Part shown: positions 13,545-25,949 of the stretch, piece after piece
How the letters are laid out: every line of letters starts with the position of its first letter
Numbering within the stretch: position 1 is the first letter of the stretch
NCBI RefSeq assembly: GCF_006345805.1
Contig: NC_043001.1
Location: forward strand, 26,412,001-26,476,000
DNA from: Octopus sinensis
Taxonomy: Eukaryota
Direction of reading: 5' to 3'
DNA: 64,000 nt
Program-made: the position numbers and the translations under genes
The notes under the pieces: model-generated
Databases searched by the model: none
What the model saw: the letters and a program-made list of their open reading frames with translations, nothing else
What the model was told of the DNA's origin: nothing

Positions 13545-14170
13545 GGCGGTGCTGGCATCGGCCACGAGTCGGATAGTGCTTTTTACGTACCACCAGACCA
13601 GGGATCCTGGCTGGTTCAATTCGATTTCGATTTCGCTTGCCCCAACATGTCTTCACAAGCAAAGGGGGTTGGCAAGGGTGCCTGTCGTACGGTCGCATTG
13701 GAGTATTTTACGTGCCACGGCCACGAGTCGGATAGTGCTTTACGTACCACCAGACCAGGGATACTGGCTGGTTCAATTCGATTTCGATTTCGCTTGCCCC
13801 AACATGTCTTCACAAGCAAAGGGGGTTGGCAAGGGTGCCTGTCGTACGGTCGCATTGGAGTATTTTACGTGCCACGGCCACGAGTCGGATAGTGCTTTAC
13901 GTACCACCAGACCAGGGATCCTGGCTGGTTCAATTCGATTTCGATTTCGCTTGCCCCAACATGTCTTCACAAGCAAAGGGGGTTGGCATGGGTGCCTGTC
14001 GTACGGTCGCATTGGAGTATTTTACGTGCCACGGCCCCGAGTCGGATAGTGCTTTTTACGTACCACCAGGCCAGGGATCCTGGCTGGTTCAATTCGGTTT
14101 CGATTTCGATTTCGATTTCGCTTGCCCCAACATGTCTTCGCAAGCATGGGGGGTTGGGATGGGTGTCTGT
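13545..14170 (-). repeat. About 4 tandem copies of a ~157-bp unit in the RTE 3'UTR
   Basis: Anchor C(C/A)CGAGTCGGATAGTGC at about 13562, 13721, 13878 and 14035; copies are nearly identical. Confidence 0.92.
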
Positions 14171-14256
14171 CGTCGGATGAGGTTCTATATCGACTTCGCT
14201 TGCCTCAACCGGTCTTTGTGTCCAAGGGAGGAAAGGCATTCATAAGTGGGCTGGGC

Positions 14257-16776
14257 TCACTTGTACTGCCTGGTCTTCTCACGTACAGAATATTTCCAAA
14301 GGTCTCGGTCTCTGGTCATTTCCTCAGTGAGGCCTAAAGTTCGAAGGTCGTGCTTCACCACCTCGTCCCAGGTTTTCCTGGGTCTACCTCTTCCACGGGT
14401 TCCCTCAACTGCTAGGGATTGGCACTTTCTCACACACCTATCTTCATCCATTCTCGCCACATGACCATACCAGCGCAATCGTCTCTCTTGCACACCACAA
14501 CTGATGCTTCTTAGGTACAACATTTCTCTCAAGGTGCTAACGCTCTGTCGAGTATGTACACTGACATTACACATCCATCGGAGCATACTGGCTTCATTCC
14601 TCACGAGCTTACGCATGTCCTCAGCAGTCACAGCCCATGTTTCGCTGCCATGTAGCATGGCTGTTCGTACACACGCATCATACAGTCTGCCTTTTACTCT
14701 GAGCGAGAGGCCTTTAGTCACCAGCAGAGGTAAGAGCTCCCTAAACTTTGCCCAGGCTATTCTTATTCTAGCAGTTACACTTTCAGCGCACCCACCCCCA
14801 CTACTGACTTGGTCACCTAGATAACGGAAGCTATCAACTACTTCTAGTTTTTCCCCCTGGAAAGTGACGGAAGTTGTTTTCTGCAGATTTTCGGAGGTTA
14901 ATGCTCCCGAGCATCTGCCACATACAAAAACTATCTTCCCAGTTAGCCTACCTTTGACATTGCTGCACCTCTTATGTGTCCATAGCTTACACTGGGTACA
15001 TCTTATAGAGTTTCTACCTACACCTTTTCTACAGATCGAGCAGGGCCATCTTCCTGAAGATATTTGTGGATTGTCTACCTTTCTACTTATTAGTACTTTG
15101 GTTTTAGCTAGGTTGACTCTAAGGCCCCTTGATTCTAAACCCTCCTTCCACACCTGGAACTTCTCCTCCAGTTCTGATAGTGACTCAGCAATAAGAGCAA
15201 GGTCGTCAGCGTAGAGGAGCTCCCAGGGACAGCCTGTCTTGAATTCCTCCGTAATTGCCTGGAGTACTATGATAAATAGGAGGGGGCTGAGTACTGAACC
15301 CTGGTGGACCCCAACCTCTACTTTGAATTCTTCTGTGTACATGTTGCCAACCCTAACCTTACTTACGGCATCTCTGTACATGGCTTGCACAGTCCTCACC
15401 AGCCATTCATCTATCCCTAGTTTCCTCATTGACCACCAGATAAGGGATCGGGGGACCCTATCAAAAGCTTTCTCCATGTCAACGAAAGCTAGGTACAGGG
15501 GCTTATCTTTGGCTAGGTATTTCTCCTGCAGCTGCCTTACCAGGAATATAGCATCAGTGGTACTTTTTCCTGGCACGAACCCAAACTGCATCTCATCTAA
15601 ACTAACTCTCTCTCTAATTAGTTGGGCTATGACCCTCTCCGTAACCTTCATTACTTGATCCAACAGCTTGATACCTCTGTAATTATTTGTATCTAGGGCA
15701 TCACCTTTACCTTTGTAGCAGTTGACTAGTATGCTGCTGCACCAGTCATTGGGTATGACTCCTTCGTGTATCACCTGGTTGACTATACGGGTGACTAGGT
15801 TATAGCCGACACTGCCAGATATTTTGAGCATCTCTGCAGTAATTCCTGATGGGCCTGGGGCTTTCCCTGTCTTCATGCTTCTAATTGCCTTAGCTACCAC
15901 GGAACTATCAACTCGGATAGCTGGTCCCTCTGTAGGGTCAACATTCGGCAGACTCTCTTTATCCCATTCATTTTCCTCATTCAGTAACCTTTCATAGTGG
16001 CGTCTCCAAGCTTCTCTCTTTGCATCCTCATTTAGCGCAAGTGAACCATCCTCCATGCGAACACATTTCTCTCCTACCACATCACGATTCTCTCTCACAC
16101 ACTGTCTTGCAACACGAAATACCTCAAGTCTTTCATCCTCACGGCGCAGGACATTGGCAAATTTTCTCTTATCTGCTTCCCCTCTGGCTAGATAGACCTG
16201 TCTCCTAGCTTCCCTTCTGGCAGTCTGATACCCTTCCCTGCTACCACCGTTCTTCCAGGCCTTCCAAGCCTGTTTCTTTTGTCTAATAGCCCTGTCAACA
16301 ATATTGTTCCACCACCACGTTATTTTGGGTCTTAAGGGGACTTTGCACCAGCCACAGATCTGGTCAGCGGCTTTCAGCAGGTTGTCCCTCAGAAACGTCC
16401 AGTTGTCTTCTACCCCATGTGTAGCTATACCCCCTTCCACTTCGTCAAAGGCTTCAAGTAACATATCTCTAAATCTCTGTCCATTCGCAGGGGCTTTAAG
16501 CTTCCAGACCCTTCTTCTCCATGTTGGTCGTCTTCTAGTCGCCCTCTTAGTCCTGATCCTAAAGTCACTAACTACCAGTCTATGTTGTGGGGTGCATTCT
16601 TCGCCTGGGAAGGTTTTGGCATTTTTAAGCAGCCATCTTTCCCTTTTTCTGGCAAGGATGTAGTCGATTTGGCTAGTATGCCGGCCCGATCGGTAGGTGA
16701 CCAGGTGGCTTGTTGGTTTCCTGAAGTTAGTGTTGCAGACCATAAGACTATTCGCATCGCAGAACTCCAGCAGCAG
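14257..16776 (-). CDS. RTE LINE ORF2 (partial EN + RT + C4HC3 PHD finger), about 840 aa open; the Met at 16833 in the ORF track lies in flanking microsatellite
   Basis: 858-aa ORF-track translation; PHD pattern CSIC-x10-CTQC-x4-H-x2-C-x14-CGRC. Confidence 0.9.
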   Translation of the reverse strand: MLLEFCDANSLMVCNTNFRKPTSHLVTYRSGRHTSQIDYILARKRERWLLKNAKTFPGEECTPQHRLVVSDFRIRTKRATRRRPTWRRRVWKLKAPANGQRFRDMLLEAFDEVEGGIATHGVEDNWTFLRDNLLKAADQICGWCKVPLRPKITWWWNNIVDRAIRQKKQAWKAWKNGGSREGYQTARREARRQVYLARGEADKRKFANVLRREDERLEVFRVARQCVRENRDVVGEKCVRMEDGSLALNEDAKREAWRRHYERLLNEENEWDKESLPNVDPTEGPAIRVDSSVVAKAIRSMKTGKAPGPSGITAEMLKISGSVGYNLVTRIVNQVIHEGVIPNDWCSSILVNCYKGKGDALDTNNYRGIKLLDQVMKVTERVIAQLIRERVSLDEMQFGFVPGKSTTDAIFLVRQLQEKYLAKDKPLYLAFVDMEKAFDRVPRSLIWWSMRKLGIDEWLVRTVQAMYRDAVSKVRVGNMYTEEFKVEVGVHQGSVLSPLLFIIVLQAITEEFKTGCPWELLYADDLALIAESLSELEEKFQVWKEGLESRGLRVNLAKTKVLISRKVDNPQISSGRWPCSICRKGVGRNSIRCTQCKLWTHKRCSNVKGRLTGKIVFVCGRCSGALTSENLQKTTSVTFQGEKLEVVDSFRYLGDQVSSGGGCAESVTARIRIAWAKFRELLPLLVTKGLSLRVKGRLYDACVRTAMLHGSETWAVTAEDMRKLVRNEASMLRWMCNVSVHTRQSVSTLREMLYLRSISCGVQERRLRWYGHVARMDEDRCVRKCQSLAVEGTRGRGRPRKTWDEVVKHDLRTLGLTEEMTRDRDLWKYSVREKTRQYK

Positions 16777-18162
16777 TATATATATATATATATATATACA
16801 CACATTCACACACACACATATATATAGACACACACATATATATTAGACACATACACATTATGTGTATGTGTGCCTTGTTCCATTAATTGGAGGGATCAAC
16901 AAAAGTACTCCATCCAGTGAGCAATAAATATAATTCGATATACACAGGACTACAAATTGAGCTATTACTGTAAGCATGTAATTTATAATAGCTCAATCTT
17001 AAACCCTGTGTATATTAAATTACACACACATAAAGAGAGTGAGAGATGGGGTGGGGATGAAAATACTTTTGGGGAGTATTATGCATTCTCAATACATATA
17101 CACTATTATCTCTTATATGTAACATAGTGGGTTGAAAAACTAACAGCCAGCTGATTTTCTCTCTTCTTGGTTCCTACTGGTCATTCTCGCCCTCTCTTCA
17201 TCATCATCATCGTTTAACGTCCGTTCTCCGTGCTAGCATGAGTTGGACGGTTCGACCGGGGATCTGGGAAGCCAGAAGGCTGCACCAGGCTCCAGTCTGA
17301 TCTGGCAAGGTAGCTCCTCTACAAGAACCTGCTCTTCTCCACATTTTCTTCATACTTTAAACACTCATCCCCTAGCATAAAGCCTATGCCCACTCCCTTG
17401 GGATTTGTAGTCTTGCAAGTTGCATGAAACCTCAAGAGTACAGGTGCACTGTAGCACCTAGTACACACTTTAAAGTGGTTGGTGTTTAGGAAGTGCATCC
17501 AGTCATAAAAAACATACCAAAGCACAAACTGGAGTACAATGCGCATCATGAATGCTTAAGATCCTCTCATACCATTCAACCCATCCCAGCATGGAGCATA
17601 GATGTTAAATGATGATGATCACTTAGTGCTGTCAGTTAAGTAGGATGTTTGCTGATGAAGTCTAACGAGGACAAAATGTCTTACTTTCACCAGTTGATTT
17701 TAAAGAGCAGCTCCATTCAAATCTGTACTGTCCATATAGGCACTAGCGCAGCAAGGGGGCAGTAGGGGCCATACTTCTGGGTCTATGTGTTTTTTCTGTG
17801 GGGTCCAGGGACAGCAAATGGAAGGACTGCCCCGGGTAGCACACACTCTAGCTACGCTAGAGTATATAGGCCAAAAAATTTCAATCAACTGATCTTAGAA
17901 TATCTTCCTTTGCTTATTTCATTTAGATTTTTGACACATTAAGTTTTTGTCTACTTATATATTCACAGTTAATTGATCTTTTACAGTTCATTATATTACA
18001 TTGAGACCCTATCAAATTTAATCTTAAGATTGTGTAGCAAAGATCAGATGTGTGGTCAACAAAATAAGCATGTTATATTTGTAGATGTATTGACTATTCA
18101 CATCAAAGGAGTTTTCTTAGAAAGCAGTGATGTAGCTAAAGAGAAGTATAGTGCTATTTCTA

Positions 18163-18211
<49 letters not shown>

Positions 18212-19229
18212 GGAGCTTGCTTCCTAGCTACATGGTTTCGGGTTCAGTCCCACTGCGTAGCACTTTGGGCATATGTCTTCCACTATAGCCTCGAGCCGAC
18301 CGAAGCTTTGTGAGTGGATTTGGTAGGCGGAAGTAACTGCCATGTGTGTATGTGTGCGTGTAGGTGCTCAGTGCCTCTCCGAATGAGAGAGAGAGGGATA
18401 TATATATATATATTATATATATATATATATATCCCTCTCTCTCTCATATAAAATTGGTTAAGTAAATAATGCTTAACATCAGATTATTGAAATTAAGGCA
18501 GATGCTAAGATCGGTTATGTTGGAGAAAAAACAAAACATCTAAATTATGACTGGAGCCTGTAGTGCAGACATCAATGGATACAGTTGGTGCATGTATACT
18601 GCCGCTCCTCTGAAGTAATCCTGGTCTATTTGTGATAGTTAAGCGGGTGCTTTAAAACAAGAGTACCCAAATATTAGAAAATCACAACACTACTTAAAAT
18701 AGATATACTAAAGAAGAATATTCTTTGATGGTGTGACTGAAAAAAGTGAGTTTTTAACAGATATAGATCGATTTAGGATATTTATAATATCCATAGGTTA
18801 GAGTGAAACTTCAGTGAGTCTGATCAGATTTATAGTTTAGAGACTTTTATTTAAAAGAAATAGTTGCAGCTAGTCTTTAAATAATTACTGTCTGTAGGGT
18901 ATTCTATAGAAACAAGTATAGTTAATATATATATTATGGATTGATTTGCAATATTGATTTTAGAATAATTGCCATAACAATGTAATGATTGGGGAGAAGG
19001 GGGTTAAGTAAGATAGGAACTGCTCATTTGTCTTTCCAATAACTATAGACATAAAGGCGATTGATACAAAGAGTTTGATATTTCTAAAGATGTTGGCAAC
19101 ACAGTATCTAACCACATATATTTTGATAGAACTGAAGCAAAACTACCTCTCTTGATGAACAGATATAAAGTATATAACTGGCTTTAGAGAGTGGTTAAGA
19201 ATTTTTTCTGTATATATCACTAGAAAAAA

Positions 19230-19312
19230 AGAGATAGAGAGATAGAGATAGAGGGAGAGAGATATATATATAGATAGAGAGATAGAGATATGGATAGATG
19301 GATGGATGGATG

Positions 19313-19344
<32 letters not shown>

Positions 19345-19480
19345 CATACATACATACATACATAGAGATAGACAGATAGATAGATAGATAGATAGAGAAA
19401 GAGATAGACAGACAGACAGATAGATAGATAGATAGATAGAGAAAGAGATAGACAGACAGATAGATAGAGGGATAGACAGA
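19230..19480. repeat. Compound tetranucleotide microsatellite (GATA/GATG/CATA/GACA)n
   Basis: Read directly. Other long SSRs: (CT)n 4921-4970, (CA)n 6945-7005, and (TA)n at ~205, 9935, 10960, 16777 and 18165. Confidence 0.95.
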
Positions 19481-20462
19481 TAGAGAGATGTGTGTGTGTA
19501 CATATATATATATAATGATTTTATATATTTATATATATCATCATGATGATGATGATGATGATATATATAAATATATAAAATCATTAATTATTTTTACTAT
19601 ACAATGTCTTGTTTACTACTTTTCAGTTGACTGTGGCAGCATAAACAACTCCCATTTTGAATTGTCCTTGACAGACTTCTTATCACTCCTCTATCAATTT
19701 CCCCATCTTCAAGTGACTAAAAGAGAATTTCCTTTCTTATTAATGCTCATAAGTTCAATTAAACTCAGTCTACCCTGAGAAAATGCATCCAGCATTTGAT
19801 AAGTGTAGGTGTGGCTGTGTGGTTGAGAAGATTGCATTCCAATCATGTGGTCTTGGGTTCAGTCCTACAAATAGCCTCGAGCCGAACAAAGCTTTGTGAG
19901 TGGATTTGACAGATGTAAACTGAAAGAAGTATGTTGTATGTTATATATGCGCGAGTACCCTTGTCTAGACATTTTGTGATAGTTGTCAACGAACATCATA
20001 CAAGCAAGGTTGTTCGTTTCTAGTTGTCTGTGAAAAAACATATTTAGCTATGGGAAAATATTACTTCGCTCGGAAATATGGTGAGAGCTGGAAACAGGAA
20101 AGGCTGCATGCTGTACAAAACCTGCCTTAAATTGTCTGACCCATGCAAGCATGGAAAGTGACATTAAATGATGAGGACTGTAAGCTTTGTCTTCACTGCG
20201 CAGTCAATAATACTGTGATATGGTTTTAAAAAAACAATCATTTTACCCAAAGAGAAAATAAGTGATTATCAATCAACAAAGTCTTTTCATTAGATTTTTT
20301 TGCAATTAATAAAGCGTACGCTTTGTAAATATTGCATTACAGAACAAATAGCAACTTCTTTAACTAACCTAAGTAACAGAGTACCCAAAATGTTACTACG
20401 CATTTTTGATATTTACCATTTAAACTGGCTGCATGATAAAAATATTTTAAATAGCATCATCA

Positions 20463-20697
20463 TTTCTATTTCTTTACTACCCACAAGGGGCTAAACACAG
20501 AGGGGACAAACAAGGACAGACAAACGGATTAAGTCGATTATATCGACCCCAGTGCGTAACTGGTACTTAATTTATCGACCCTGAAAGGACGAAAGGCAAA
20601 GTCAACCTCAGCAGAATTTGAACTCAGAACGTAACGGCAGACGAAATACGACTACGCATTTCGCCTGGCATGCTAACGTTTCTGTCAGCTCGCCGCC
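20463..20697 (-). mobile_element. tRNA-derived SINE (family A, GGCGGCGAGCTGGCAGAA head)
   Basis: B box GAGTTCAAATTC and central GCCTTTCATCCTTTC.GGGTCGATAAA domain. Other copies at ~1870-2650 (several), 31975-32170, 32215-32440 and 35990-36212. Confidence 0.82.
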
Positions 20698-23499
20698 TTT
20701 TTTAAATAGCATCATCATTTCACCATCCACTTTTCCATGCACACATATCTGCTCAATATGTTGGGCAGATTTTCTACAGCCAAATGCCCTCTACGTATCA
20801 CCAATCCATATCTGTTTCCAAGTAGGGTAACATTTCTCCGTAACCAGACATATTTCCAAAGATTGGAAACAAAGGACACTGCTTGTATGGCAGTTACACA
20901 CATTTCCAACTATCATCTGATGTCAAAGCTAGGAGGTGGTAACACACACTTGCACACACAATGGGCTTCTTTCAGTTTCTGTCTACCAGATCCATTCACA
21001 AGGCTTTGGTCAGCTCGGAGCTATAGTAGAAAACACTTACCCAAGGTGCCACACCATGGAACTGAACTGAAGCCATGTGGTTGGGAAGCAAATTCTTACC
21101 ACACAACCATGTCTGCACTTTTATTTATTCAAAAACACTGCATGGTTTAGACAAGGATATCTAACAATATAGTTAAAAGATTTTTTTTTAAATTATCATC
21201 TCTTACTTCACACAGAATTACATAGCTGTAACAAGATGCCTACATCCTCTATTCTTGTAGATGTTTATCCTTAAATCTTCACAGCAGTTTACCCCCAACA
21301 GCCTTCCTATTTCAATCCTGTTACATATTTCTTTCTAATCACATTAGGAAAAAAAAATTACATGAATAAAATTCTAGTTGTTTCTAAATATGTAAACAAA
21401 AATAAAACTGTTTTTTAAAAGTTTTATGAACTACTTTCACATCCTCCTCCCTAAAATATGCTAAGGGGAAGGATATTTAATTGACAAAACTTGGTGAAGG
21501 GGAGTTAAAATAGCCACATGAGATGAAAGTATGAAACAAAAATGTGACATTTTGCTAATGTAAAAATCAATATATATTAGAACCCATGATTGACAACATA
21601 TTGCAACCTTAATCCCAATTTATCTTAAATAGGATGGTTTGCAGTGAGGAATGTTTAATTACCATGATTTAGGAGTGGGGGGCATTTAAATAGCTACTCC
21701 ATCAAGAAAGGATGTTAAAGAGATCCAGTTTTATCTCCTGAACATTATGGAAACATATTGATTTATCAAATCAATTAGAAGACATTTATAGCCACAAATT
21801 CTTTACTTATAAGTAAGCTAAAATATGAATACTTCCTTTTCAATGTTGATACTTTAGAAGATAGTATAATCAACTGACTTAAAAAAAAATACATTATATT
21901 TGCAGTTCTTTCTATTTATGCGCATACATATGTTTGCATGCCTTCACAGCAGGGCCTCTTTCAATGGTACAAATATAAGCAGGTTTCTACTACAGATGCC
22001 ATGAATTACTAGTTAATTTAAAGTACATTGTAGCTCTTTTCATTTATGTGCATCCATATATGTATGCATGCCATGACAGTAGGGCTTCTTTCAATGGTAA
22101 CAAACATAGGCAAGTTTCTACAACAGATATCATAGATTGCCAGTTCACATAAAATACTTAGCAATATCCTTATAGAGTTGTTATTGTAGTGGGGAGAAAG
22201 CACGTGATTACATGAGAACTATAGCTTGTTTTCTCATCAATGTTTTGCTAGTACTTTCTAAATTAACCATGAAATAGTGCTAATGGTAAGTGTGTGTGTG
22301 TGTATATATTTATGCTTATAAAAGCACTTCAAGAGCTGAATTTGAGTTGGCTATTACCATTGTTTTAACATCCACTTTCCCATATTCACATGGGTCAGAT
22401 GCAATTTGTTGAGGTGAATTTTTTTACAGCTAGATGCCCATTCTGTTACCATTTCTCACCTGTTTCTTGGCATATTAATATTCCCTGATAGCAAGACCAG
22501 TTTTCATAGAAGATTGCAAACAAAGGACACCGCTTACATGATAGTCAAACTTGTTTACAACTATCAGTATCATATACACACACACACTACACTTATTACA
22601 GTTTCCATCAGCCAAATTCACTCACAAGACTTTGGTTGACTCAGCACTATAGTAGAAGACACTTGCCCAAAGAAAGTGACAAGCAGTGGGACTGAACCCA
22701 AAGCCATGTGATTGGGAAGCAACTTCTAACCACACAGCTATGCCTGAACCAACCATATATGTCAATTAACAATTGATATGTTTAATTATACAGTGAGAAT
22801 ATGAAATCTTTAAGTTATCATCATTTTAACATTCACTTTTCTTTACTTGCATGGGTCAGACAGTTCACTGAAGCAGATATTCAACAGCCCTTCCTGTCAC
22901 CAAGCAAGGTAGCATCTCTCCTCGGCCACATTCTTGCAGAATACTGGAAATGAAAATCCCCCACTTGTATGATGATGATACTTACAAGGTTTTCATAGGT
23001 CCAGGGCAATAAAAAAAAAAGACTTTGGACTGGACCCAAAATCATGTGATTGGGAAATGTTAACACAGCCATACCTACAGTTACCATAACAATAATGTGA
23101 AATTTCTATACTGCAGAAGTCTATAAGTACTAAAGTTTATACCACCTTGGTTAGTTTGTTTCATAATGATAGAAATGAATTATTATTCCTTTGCTGCATC
23201 TTTTATTTTATGATTGTTCAGGAGGGAAGGGCTGCATTTATGACCTTATATTGTTTCAAGGTCTTCGAGAATGCTGAGAGGAAATCATCCTCAAATAGGG
23301 AGACCTGGCCCAAATGTTAACAATGAAAATTCCACTAAAGGTACCTAAGGATCAGGTAGCCATGTTAAAGCAGGTGACAGATTAAGTGCTATAAATTGAA
23401 ATGAAAACTTAGAGTTCAGTCTTCTTAAAGGCAAGAAATTAAACTTTCAATAAATATTTAAATTACTTCCAGTATAGACTGACTTTGCTGGATTTAGTC

Positions 23500-24250
23500 T
23501 TGTTTATATGAAACTGCAATCTCCATGAGAGACTATTATGTGTTAAATGTAATGCTCCCAGATGGTAATTTTAGCATTGCCTTACAGAGTGATGCAATCT
23601 TACAGGTTTATTTCTTTTTGTCTTCAGGATTTCTGCTATGCCTCTTCTGCAAAAAGCCAGCTTGTCAAGTCCTCATTAATGAGTGTTTTAGATATTTCCA
23701 GTCAGTGCAAAGGCCTGGCAGGCAGTGACAGGATTGGACAAATCAGTATACAAAACGTGGAGGTGGAGTCTATGATGGTCTCAGTGTAAGAATGTACGTA
23801 ATAAATAGGTAAAAGTTGAAAAGTGTTAAAATATAACTGAGTACTAAGGTACACCTGATTTGGTTTAATACATTTGAAGATCACTCCTTAAACACATACT
23901 CTTATGGTTCAACTTACTAGGCAGCTTTCAGTCCAGTGTTTAAGTAACAAGTGGTAACGGTGAAGTTTAGCATGGATAACCGGCTTTGGGAGAAGATACC
24001 TAAGCTTGGTCAAAGGTTTACCTGATGTCAAGGGCAACAACTTTGCTTTTGCCAAAATTTTCAAGGGCAAGACATTATATCATGGTGTAAAAAATGGAGA
24101 AGAGATGGTCCGTGGTGGATCTACCTCTTCAGAACCCATGATAGAGATCTTTGCGGTTCAAAATATGATTCAAGGTGGTATAAGAATTAGTTCGCACCGG
24201 TTCTGTCTAAAGCCTTATAAATGACAGATGTAAATGAAGCCGGTTGTTGG
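23500..24250 (-). mobile_element. Old LINE RT remnant (CR1/L2/Jockey-type)
   Basis: GF*RGRSTTDHL, KSKVVALDI, TKSGVP and LINEDL in broken frames. Confidence 0.58.
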
Positions 24251-25949
24251 CAGGGTAAGAAGGTTGGCGTTTGTTGAAGATAGATTAAACACGAATGCGT
24301 CCATATATTTGCCTCCTTTGAAAATATTATCGAAAGAGGATAAAACATATTCTTCACAACAGACATATTCTTATGCTGCGATTGATAAGAACAATATATC
24401 TAGCATCTATCGGAAAGTATTCTTTAATTAGCAAAATTATAGCATGATATTACAATAGTAAAGATTAATTACAGATTCTTGAAATTCTACCGGTAATATT
24501 GCAGACTACGATTGTTTCCCTCATTTGACAAAACTAAAATATCGGCTTTCCTACGCGTAATTAATGAAAAAAAAAAAATCTTCGCAATATTTGATCTTAG
24601 CACACAGAAAATTAATACTATAATACACAGATAGATATACAGATAGTAGTCACAGCTGTATCTATGAAATGTATGTATGAATGAACGTACGTATGATATC
24701 TATGTTTTATTTATGTAGATAGAGGCAGGCACTTCTTAATTCTACGATTGCAGAAAATACAAAGAGAAAATTAAATTTCAAACGTTACAGATAATTTCTT
24801 TCGATAAATAAATAGAAGTAGACGGGTAAGAAAGAAAAATATGGAAAGCAAAAGCAAAAGAAGAAGAAAAAAACTCCTCATACTGAAGGACGGGATTTGG
24901 TCCAAAGATATACAAACCATTGAGTATCACCTGCCGATCGCAGAAAGAAAAAAAATAATAATGCAACAAATTCTAATCATCCAAAACGTCTCTGAAGGCA
25001 GCAAGCAGCTTCATGTGTGTTTTATGTTGTGTGCAACGATGTTAGATGTTGACAGATTAGCAGCATTATATCGTGGGTGGGAGACAGAAGAGAAACTAAA
25101 GTTAATCTTTTAGTCTTAGAAACAATATATATATATGTTCGACTGACAGAGCAACCAGCATCAGTAACGCTGCAGTAATCTGTCTAGAATATACGATGGT
25201 AGCTGCAATAAAATCGGTTAAATAGTTGGTCTGACTGTGTAAATTACAAAAATGCTAAGTACCTAAGTATGTTCAAATAAGTCAATAAATATATGTGTAT
25301 AAACAAACAAGTCTAAGGATTATTCGTGTGTGTGTGTGTGTGTGTCTGTGTGTGTGTATGTACCAATGCATATGTAATGTATCGTATATAATGTGTGTGC
25401 GATTTGATGAATATTGACGATTAGGTTTCTTTTCTCCTCTTCTCCATCTTTTAGATAAGGGTATATATTCATAGGAAAGCGCATATTGAATATCTACAAA
25501 TTTATGTTGCTTATACCTTTTCAGAAATGTTCACAATTTCTCAACAGCCTTTTTATTTTATTCTAAATGTTACCATATCGACAAACAAGATAAGTATTTT
25601 TTGTACAGTAAAAAAAATGCGTTAATTTATCGTTGCAGATAATCGGGCATTGTCCGCAAGTTTGCTTTAACTTTAATAAACCTTAATTTATTAAACAATT
25701 TCATGAAGAAAGTACAAGAAAACTGTAGCTGCGTGTTTCGTGTTGTGTGGAAATAGCAGAAGATATTCGGCAGCCAGAACTGGATGGCTTCCCAGTGTTG
25801 TATGTGTTGGTGAGTGCGTATGTGTAGTGTCAGACCAACATTGTCAGTCGAAAGAATGTACGCAAAACAAGAAGAGAGAGAGAGAGAAAAAAAACCTCTC
25901 GCTTCATAATCTCAAGTATTTTCAGGAAATGCAAGTAAAAAAAAATTTC

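Larger units (their letters stand above)
13273..16776 (-). mobile_element. Young RTE-clade LINE, 5'-truncated inside the AP endonuclease, with intact RT, PHD finger, long 3'UTR and (GAT)n tail
   Basis: Open frame 16776-14257 with QIDYIL/QHRLVV (endonuclease end), QFGF..GKST, FVDMEKAFD, GVHQGSVLSP, YADD and FRYLG. CpGs are retained. Possible 6-bp TSD ATATAC (low complexity). Confidence 0.95.

Noticed and set aside
13545-14170. CRISPR-like regular repeat
   Set aside because: Units are contiguous with no unique spacers, in a eukaryotic LINE context.
13312-14245. Several overlapping 80-245 aa ORFs
   Set aside because: They arise from the GC-rich tandem repeats of the LINE 3'UTR and show repeated peptides with no domain.
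16777-16833. N-terminus (MCLYICVCVNV...) of the 858-aa ORF
   Set aside because: It is translated (TG)n/(TA)n microsatellite flanking the 5'-truncated LINE, not a real start.
19143-19778. YLSI/HHH-rich ORFs and other low-complexity ORFs across the window
   Set aside because: They are translations of microsatellites.
23628-23786. Plus-strand exon-like segment (ttcag|...|GTAAGA)
   Set aside because: It lies antisense within the decayed LINE RT remnant, and no partner exons were found.
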